A DNA stretch of 63,977 bases, the filler included, from Trichomonas gallinae (lineage: Eukaryota): assembly GCA_008369845.1 (NCBI GenBank). It is 8 parts of 8 records of this genome, joined end to end, with 100 filler letters (N's around TTAATTAATTAA, not from the genome) between each part and the next. Parts side by side here need not be neighbours in the genome. Positions count along the whole stretch, not along the records: positions 26,867 to 39,509 come from MRSU01000429.1; positions 39,610 to 47,132 come from MRSU01000432.1; 6 more parts are not named here. One strand, written 5' to 3'. The position numbers and the translations under genes are program-made. The notes below the pieces were generated by a model. That model did not search any database, was not told where the DNA came from, and saw only the letters and a list, made by a program, of their open reading frames with translations. Numbering within the stretch: the stretch's first letter is position 1; each line of letters opens with the position of its first letter. Shown here piece by piece: positions 36,027 through 44,200 of this stretch.

Positions 36027-37441
36027 ATGAGTGTTTCACCAGCAGTTATTGTTAAATTTATCCAAGCAGCAAAGGACGGTAATGTTGAAGCATTGAAGAA
36101 ATTCATTGAAGACGGTGTTCCAGTTAATACTGTTGATAAATGCGGAATTCATTTTTATCTTTTTTTACAGCACTCCATTGGGCAGCAGCATCAGGACAAC
36201 CAGAAGTTATTACTTACTTAATCTTTATCGGAGCTGATCTCGCAGCGAAAGCGAAAGATGGTGTTTATTTTTAATTTTATTCAACTCCACTTCATATTGC
36301 CGCACAGAAGCATAAACTTAACGCCGCGCATTTACTTATAGAAGCAGGAGCCTCAGCAGTCGAAGAGAACGATGAAAAGAAGACGCCAGCCGATCTTGCG
36401 AAAGATGATCCTCCCATGTACTCATTACTCGCCGGAGTCGAGCGCTCCATAGATAACAAGAACGATGACAACATACTCGATGCAGCAACAAACCTTTTAT
36501 CGTCTACACTTGATCCTGTGAAGTCCGCAGAAGAAAAAGTTATGCTTACATGCCAGAAAGTCATTGACGAGGCGCACAGCATCGAGAGACCACCACTAAA
36601 TCAATACAAGAAGTGCAAGGAATCATTGGTTCAGCACGCAGCGATAAATAATCAATTTAAGCAGGCTTTCGCATCTATTGGAAAATATAAGGATCAAGTT
36701 GGTGTCAACTGTGAGAACGTTTCGTTAATGTGTAATACACTCGAAGAAAACGAGAAGGCGATGAGAAGTCGCATGCAAGCAAGCAGAACAGCAAACTGCG
36801 CTACTCGTGAATCTCATCGTGTCGTTACTGACCATCTCACACAGAAGCAGGCTGAATTAGCTTCAGTTTCTGCTGAATTAGAAAAATACCAGAAATTAGT
36901 CGAAGAATTTACAGCAAAGCGTAATGAATTACAGAAGGAAGTCGATGAACTCACTAAATCTCAACAAGAACTCAGCAATTCTAACGAAGATGAAACAAAT
37001 AACGAAACACGCTTAACAATGCACCAAGAAAGCCTTCAAAACACACGCCAGCTGATCGATAAAGGCGTTACATCGCTCAAAGAGCTCGATTCTAACACAA
37101 CCGACAGAATGCTTAGTACTGGCCTCGAATATCTCGATTTCCTGCGTAAATACAACGCGTATGTTAAGAGCATACTCAATACAATGGACAGTAGAATTAA
37201 GACGATGCATGATCGAATAGATATGCAAGCAGCGAATATCGAAGAAATTCCTGTGCTCGAACTGAATATGGATAAAACTAAGATTGAAGGTGTTGTGAAA
37301 GAATATGAAATTAACGTTGACAAGTATAATAGAAGAAGGCAAAAGATTATTAATTTATTGGAATCAATTCAACAAGATTATTTGAAGCTGAAGGATGAAA
37401 TTTCTAAGTTTGGCAGGGAACTTGATCCGCTCGAAGAATAA
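36027..37441 (+). CDS. Ankyrin-repeat plus coiled-coil protein (~459 aa) interrupted by two short inserts; proposed join 36027-36146, 36164-36262, 36281-37441
   Basis: Joined translation ...VNTVDKCG/FTALHWAAASGQPEVITYLIFIGADLAAKAKDG/STPLHIAAQKHKLNAAHLLIEAGA...KKTPADLA runs in frame into ORF 36416-37441; 1415-35=1380 nt. Confidence 0.8.
36147..36163 (+). other. 17-nt U-rich intervening sequence 1 (non-canonical intron candidate; exact ends ambiguous)
   Basis: ATTCATTTTTATCTTTT between DKCG and (F)TALH; shifts the frame. Confidence 0.65.
36263..36280 (+). other. 18-nt U-rich intervening sequence 2 (non-canonical intron candidate; exact ends ambiguous)
   Basis: GTTTATTTTTAATTTTAT between AKDG and STPLH; contains an in-frame TAA. 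Confidence 0.65.
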
Positions 37442-37723
37442 TCGCATTTTTATTTGATTTTATTATCTTAAAACTGATTTTATCTGTGTTTTGAAAAATC
37501 AACATCATTAATCAAACATATTACTATTAACTAGAATATTTATCATAAAGAAATGGTTTTAAAAAACTAAATTTAAAATTTCATAAAAAATATTAACTTA
37601 AAAATTCATTTTTTTTTTTTTACATAATAACAATATCTTGTAACAAAAACACGATTTGTATTAATAAAAATTCTCTATTAATAAAAAATTAAAATATTCT
37701 ATTATTATGATAGAAAACATGTA

Positions 37724-39016
37724 TTACTGTGATTGGAGAATGTTTTCATGGCGATGTTTCTTATCTTTCGCTTTCCATATTTTAACGAGATTATCTTTTG
37801 ACGATGTTATTAGTTTATCACCCATATAATTGATGTCAAGAGTCAGAATTATGTCGGAATGAGCTCTAAGCAGTTCTTCCATTTCGCATGTTTCTGTATT
37901 CCATATCCTTGCCGTTGTGTCACTGCTTGTTGTAACTAATTTGTAGCCTTGCGGCGTAAATCTTACTGATGACACCTCTCCTGCGTGTCCATAGCATGTT
38001 CCAACTAGTTCTCCCGTCTCAGTATTCCAAATTTTAGCTGTTTTATCTGATGAACATGTTGCAACTCTTTTTCCATCAACAGAAACAGCTGTGTCAACTA
38101 TAGGACCTTCATGGCCTTTCATTATATATTGTGCAAGTGTCTGTCTTATGTCCCAGATTCTTGTTGACGCGTCTAATGAAGATGTAATGATCCTTCTTCC
38201 TTGTAGATCGAAATGGACATTAGATATTTCTGCCTTATGTCCTCTTAGAGTTGAAACGCATTCTCCTGTCCTTATATCCCATAATCTCGCTGTATTATCC
38301 GCTGATCCAGAAATAAACAAAGGCTCAGTGCTGCAAAACTCAACACACTGTATTTCTCCAGCATGCTCGTCGAATGTGTGCAAAGTTGCGCCTATTTCCA
38401 CATCATATAAAATGCAAGAAGAATCAAATGATCCTGAAACAACATATTTCGAGGATGGATCGAATCTTATCGTAACAACTTCTTTCGTGTGTCCTGTAAG
38501 TAAATAAATGCATTTTGCGGACTGCAAATCCCAAATTCGGCAAGTTCTATCGAATGATGATGTGGCTGCGAGATTTCCTGTTGGTAAATTGAAGCAGCAA
38601 TCGGATACTGCATTAGTATGGCCGTTTAAAGCGCAAATCAATTGACCTGTTTCTGAATCCCAAAGTTTTGCTGCTCTATCGTATGAATATGTCATGAAAA
38701 TCTCTCCTCCTTTATTAAATTTCGCTCCAATGATAGGCATTACGTGCGTTTTGTAGGATTTGACATCGTTATAATTTGAATATTCAAGAAATTGTGAATT
38801 TGTTATCTCTTTTAGGGCCTTCTTAATGTAATTTTCATTTGTTGGATTAAAGTCTTCGTTTTGAGTCATTATTTGAACTGTTAAAGCAGGAATATCTGTC
38901 AAAATGTTTAATTCTGGTATGTTGAGATTTCTTTTAACCAATTTTCCACTACCATCAACTACTTCAGCATATAAAGCAGGTGGATAATATCTTGCGTATA
39001 ATTTCTGCAAAGCCAT
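37724..39016 (-). CDS. DAW1: Dynein assembly factor with WD repeats (ODA16/WDR69)
   Basis: N-terminal RYYPP motif, FNKGG...SYDR, FNLPTG...SFDRTC and ~8 WD40 repeats; 430 aa. Confidence 0.85.
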   Translation of the reverse strand: MALQKLYARYYPPALYAEVVDGSGKLVKRNLNIPELNILTDIPALTVQIMTQNEDFNPTNENYIKKALKEITNSQFLEYSNYNDVKSYKTHVMPIIGAKFNKGGEIFMTYSYDRAAKLWDSETGQLICALNGHTNAVSDCCFNLPTGNLAATSSFDRTCRIWDLQSAKCIYLLTGHTKEVVTIRFDPSSKYVVSGSFDSSCILYDVEIGATLHTFDEHAGEIQCVEFCSTEPLFISGSADNTARLWDIRTGECVSTLRGHKAEISNVHFDLQGRRIITSSLDASTRIWDIRQTLAQYIMKGHEGPIVDTAVSVDGKRVATCSSDKTAKIWNTETGELVGTCYGHAGEVSSVRFTPQGYKLVTTSSDTTARIWNTETCEMEELLRAHSDIILTLDINYMGDKLITSSKDNLVKIWKAKDKKHRHENILQSQ

Positions 39017-39509
39017 TCAATAAAAATGATCATATATGATTACAGTCGCATGTATAATAAATTTCTATCGCAATATTTTAATTTAAACAAGAAATTCAAA
39101 TATTTGATTTAATAAACGTGCATCATTTCTCATATCTAATATCTATAGACAAAGAAAAAAACTATGCCACGATAGATGGCGTTTTCCAAGAAGCTAATTC
39201 AACTGAAAATCGTAAAATATTAATTCAAACTGAAGAAGGATAAATATCTCGTATTAATTATGAAATATTTTTTATGTAATGAAAAAATAATAACAGAATA
39301 GCTGACATCATTTGTCCTTTATGTGATTATATAATATTTTGCAAATTAATAAATAAAAATATCAAACAAATAGAACTTTATAAGCGTATATAAACAAAAA
39401 TTCTCTATTATAAAGGTATGAATATGCATAATTAGAAAGTTGTAAATACTTGATAATGGATATAAGCTTTTCCTTCATTTTCTCTGAAGCCAATGTAAAA
39501 TGTACAATG

Positions 39510-39609
39510 NNNNNNNNNNNNNNNNNNNNNNNNNNNNNNNNNNNNNNNNNNNNTTAATTAATTAANNNNNNNNNNNNNNNNNNNNNNNNNNNNNNNNNNN
39601 NNNNNNNNN
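39510..39609. other. Artificial contig spacer
   Basis: N44-TTAATTAATTAA-N44. Confidence 0.98.
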
Positions 39610-39616
39610 AAACATG

Positions 39617-39651
<35 letters not shown>

Positions 39652-39754
39652 ATTTAGGGGCTGATACTGGTATAGACCCTAATTAAGGGATTATTTAGGG
39701 GTTGGCACTTTTGCGGACCCTATAAGAGACCGTTTAACAATTTTCATTACGAAA

Positions 39755-41125
39755 ATGAGTATAATGTCAAGTGCTTCGCTTGGCGAGTCATCTCACTCAA
39801 GGCAGGACTCCAAAGCGATAGTTGAATCTCTCAACCAGACAAGGAAAGAATATAACGAAGTGAAAATGAGATACGACAAATTATTAAAATTAGCTGAGCA
39901 ACAAAATGAAAGTTCATCTTCCAGTTGCAACCCAGATGGTAAATCAGGGCAAATATCGCAAGGACAGGATTCAATTGAACTCCAGCAGTGGAATTCTATG
40001 TGGACAAGATTAATCACAATGATTACTAGATATGTTCCTTATCCATCCGCACCATCGCGCAGTGATTCAGAAAAGAGAGCAATCCTCATCGATCTTGTGT
40101 CGAAACTCTGTGATCAAGTTACTAATCAAAATGAATTCGAAATTTTGAAAAAGAAATACTCCAAGGCAAAGAAAAACCTCCATATTCTTAATTCTAAATA
40201 CTCAGAACTCGTACAAACAGTTCATATAAATTCTAAAATCTTGAACGAGAGAATAAACAAAGTTAACACAGCAGAAAGCGATAAATTTGCCCAAAAACTG
40301 GATGAACTTGGCGATATTATAGCTCAGCAGCTGAAACAAGAGGAACAACTAATAAATGAAAGTTATACAAGGAAAAGTCATCTTAAAGCCGCACTTTCCA
40401 AGTTGAAATCGAAGAAAGTCGGATCAAGCTCAAGTGATGAATCTAATGACGAGGAAATCAACCAAAAACACCAGAAACAGAAGTCGAAGAAAATTTCACG
40501 CAGCCAGTTGTTCGAAAACGATTCAAGTGAGGATGAAGTTGCTGCACCAAGGAAGAAGTCCCAGAAACGCTATCATTTGATCTTGGAATCAGAAAGCAAC
40601 TCAGATTCTGAAGAAGAATTCGATGTCAAGCCAAAGAAAGCTCAGCGCAGCATGAAAAAGGTCGAAGAAGATGGATCTGAATCAGAAAGTGACGATATCG
40701 CACAATCTCGCTCTAAAATGAAATCAAAACTCAATTCAACATCGAGAAAGTCGCGTGTAATAGATTTATCAGACTCTGATTCGCAGCAGGAAGAAGAATC
40801 CGAACCATATTATGAAGAAACAAGATCTAGAAAGAAATCAAGAAAATATGAGACGGAAGAAGCTGAGAGAATTGCTGACGAGATGGCAGGTAAGTCAAAA
40901 TCCAGGTTATCCAAGTCTAAAACAGCAAATTACTCTGATTTCAGATATCGTGTCGGAAACCACGTAAATGACTTAATTGAAGTAACAAATAAGCTTGGAG
41001 AGAACTATAAGCACTTAAAACACCAGATTTCTTCATCCGATTCTGATGATATTCCAAGCCCTTCAATTTCCAAGATTTCTTACATCCAAGACTCTGTTGT
41101 TAAGACGCATGGAAGACATCATTAA
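39755..41125 (+). CDS. Hypothetical coiled-coil, S/K/E-rich protein (456 aa)
   Basis: Long ORF; upstream GACCGTTT (Myb-like M3 element) and TCATT initiator. Confidence 0.8.
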   Translation: MSIMSSASLGESSHSRQDSKAIVESLNQTRKEYNEVKMRYDKLLKLAEQQNESSSSSCNPDGKSGQISQGQDSIELQQWNSMWTRLITMITRYVPYPSAPSRSDSEKRAILIDLVSKLCDQVTNQNEFEILKKKYSKAKKNLHILNSKYSELVQTVHINSKILNERINKVNTAESDKFAQKLDELGDIIAQQLKQEEQLINESYTRKSHLKAALSKLKSKKVGSSSSDESNDEEINQKHQKQKSKKISRSQLFENDSSEDEVAAPRKKSQKRYHLILESESNSDSEEEFDVKPKKAQRSMKKVEEDGSESESDDIAQSRSKMKSKLNSTSRKSRVIDLSDSDSQQEEESEPYYEETRSRKKSRKYETEEAERIADEMAGKSKSRLSKSKTANYSDFRYRVGNHVNDLIEVTNKLGENYKHLKHQISSSDSDDIPSPSISKISYIQDSVVKTHGRHH

Positions 41126-41267
41126 ACTATTTGACTAAATTTTTCTGTTATAATCTTAATCAAAATATTCATAATATTTTAATCTTCAAAAAACTAACAA
41201 TGATAATGTAAAAAATATAAAATATAATTTTATATAAAACAAAACAATAAAATAATATATAAAAAAG

Positions 41268-44200
41268 TTAATGATTGATTAATGCAGCGTAATTCTTTCT
41301 TACTTGTCCAAGTTCATTAACTAGTTCCGATTGCCTCTTCAATTGCTGCTCGAGCTGAACGTTGAGATCATCAACACTTTGCTTGAGGACTGCAATCAGT
41401 GCATCTTTCTCATCTACCTTCTCTTCTTTGAGAGGCAGAGAGATGGAAAATGTATCGCCGCGCGAAAGTTTATTTTGCGATGAAATTTTCGCGAAGCTGC
41501 AGATTCCTGATACAGACAATGTAGTGTTCTTCTTGATGACAGATAAAGAAATGTTCGGATTTGAGATAATCAGCGGCTTCGGGCTGATCCTTCTTGGTGT
41601 GTTAATAATCTTGAAAACTTCTGGAGATTTGGCTATTAACCTTCTTGGCGGTGACAAAGGAGCTCTTATCTGGCTGTTGAGGTCTCTCTGCGTGGAAGCG
41701 AAGTAGTTCGCGAATGGATCTGTTTCCATAATAATTGGTGATGGTGAAATTGAGAGCGTTTGTGTTCTGGAGCTTTCCAAAACAATCAAGTTAGAGACAG
41801 CGAGCAGTGTCGAAACCTTCGTCGGTTCTTCGACATCTTTCTGCGTTGACGTCTCTGAGAACTTCTTCTTTGGCTGCTCGTTGAGGATGTGCGCCACTGG
41901 CTCTAAGACTTCCATGTGCATAATTCCTCTCTCTTGAGGATTGACTCTAATATGCCTGAAGTCAAATGAGAAGCGAGGCAAAGGCTTCAAGTAATTGAAA
42001 ACGTGCTGGCCTCCGATAGTTAAGAATGGTCTGTCATCGCGTGGTGCTATGCTAGACATTGTCATGGCGCCTGTCTGGTGGAAGAAGTTGAAGTGGCGAT
42101 CGACCCTTGAGAATTCCAATGTTGACTGCAAAGACAAAATAATCTCCTTTCGCGGAACTGACTGAACGACCACTGGATTTGGCTTGAATGGGATTTCGTA
42201 GAACTGTAAGTCTTCTGCGACAGACAATTCGTGGAAATCACTTTCGATTTCGTAAGATTCGGCAGATGAAATGTCACACATCGGCAAATACTTTTCTTCA
42301 TTTTGTTGCTTCAATATCTTCATTATCTTAGCTTCAGCTTGTTGTAAGATTGCGTTGTTACGCTGTTTGAGTCTTGCGTTTTCTATGCTAAGCTTTGCAT
42401 TCTCTGTAAGTAGTTCTTCTGATTTTTCTGCATTTTCTTTCATATTCTTAGCAAATTGTTCTCTGAGAGAGTTATAGCGATTTCCCAATGTAATAACTCT
42501 CATCTTCAGGGCTTCGTTATCATCTACGAGATTGTCAGCTTCAACTACTTTCCTTCCATATGCTTTCTCGAGTATATTCGATGATGCAACGCCTTCAGAC
42601 TCGAAATCAACAGATCCGTCGATCTTCAAATTCAGTTTTCTTTGTGTGTAATTGAAGTTTGCGAATTCTCTTTCGATCGAGAACTGCCAAGTATTTGTCC
42701 TAGAAAGTGGTGGAATTCTGTCCATATTCAGTCCTAATGTGTCTGATAATGCCAATTCTGCATCACTGGACATTGATTCGCGCGTATTGAGTCTGTCATA
42801 TCCGAAAGAAACAACATATGAACTAGAAATTATTGGATCATAATTTCCAAGTTTCTTGCTGCTGTAGAATGATTCATTGATGACTGCATGGCTGAATTCG
42901 AGATCAGGAAGATGCCTAATTGGTGGAAGATGCTCAATGAATGGCGTCATATCACCAATTGCGCCAATTTCGTAAGATACTGAGTTAGATTGTTTGACAA
43001 TATTCTTCTTTGTTTCGTCAATGTTGAATGAATAATTTGCAAATGACAAAGATGGCATCGATTCTCTAATGAAAATCTTTGTTGGCTCAATTTCGAATGA
43101 ATCTGATGTGAATGATAAAACTGGCTTAGTTCCTTTGACTCCTAAAATCTCTGTAGTAGTTGTTATGTCTGTTTTAGTTTGTGAAACATTGTCAATCATG
43201 TCGCTGTGGAATCTGTGGCTCTCGAAAACATCAGAGACATTTAATTTCGTGTTAGATGGCTCATTGACTGGTGGAGTATTGAAGAATGATGATGTTGATG
43301 AAATCGAGAATTTCGGTTCTTCATCAACTTCATTGACAATTATTGATTCTTCGACTTTGAAATCGGAAATATTCGAATCTTTAACTGTGTAAGAGCTCAC
43401 ATCTGAGAGTTTAAACTCTGGCTGTTCTGCGATTAATTGAGAAGGTTCATAGTCATCGAGCATAACATCTCTAATTGTTGAATTGGAGATTGATAGATTT
43501 GCGATTTGGCTGTTGAAACCAAACTCAACTTTGTTCCATTCGTCACAAATTTGTAATTGAGAATGTTGATTATTACTAGCAACACCAATTGAAATTGTCT
43601 CATTCACTGGGCTGTAAATCTTGTATTTAACTGGTAAGTTGTTGTATTTCATGTAAGAATATTCAGCGAGCTCGAACTTAGGAATTTCAACTTCTGTATT
43701 ATAAAGAGCTGAATTGTCTTGTTCAAACATTTGGTAATTTGTTTCGCTTATATCAAGTGAAACCGAATCAAGATTGGATCCTAAAACATATAATGTCGTT
43801 GTTGGTGTCATCTGTGATCTAATTGGTGTGTTAATGTTCATATCGAAAGCACTACCAATTTCTAAGTTAATTTGTGAATACGACAAATTGATTTCAGGTG
43901 AAACAGATGAATCAATGCTCAATGATGGATTGTAACTTCTTTGCTTATTCTGTTCGTTTGATGACTCTTCAGATTGACTTCCAACTTCGCTCAATGAGTT
44001 GAAAGATATTTCACTGAATGATAATTTCTCGTCATTTCCTATTATGTCTCCAATGATTTGTGTTTGGTTGGTTAGATCAATTGGAACATTCTTAGATATG
44101 TCAACTAACTCGCTAATTGATAATTGATTGATCTCTTTACCAACTTGGGATTCAACCAAAGATTCTGATACTGACAAGGACAAAGCTTGTTTTTCAAGAT

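Noticed and set aside
36142..36170. Near-canonical GC-AG 29-nt intron as explanation for insert 1
   Set aside because: It restores frame but yields DKSLHW, deleting conserved G-x-T-A ankyrin residues, and has no CTAAC branch motif; disfavoured, though only cDNA can exclude it
36263..36307. Canonical GT-AG 45-nt intron as explanation for insert 2
   Set aside because: It would remove the perfectly conserved TPLHIAA helix and lacks a branch motif; disfavoured, though only cDNA can exclude it
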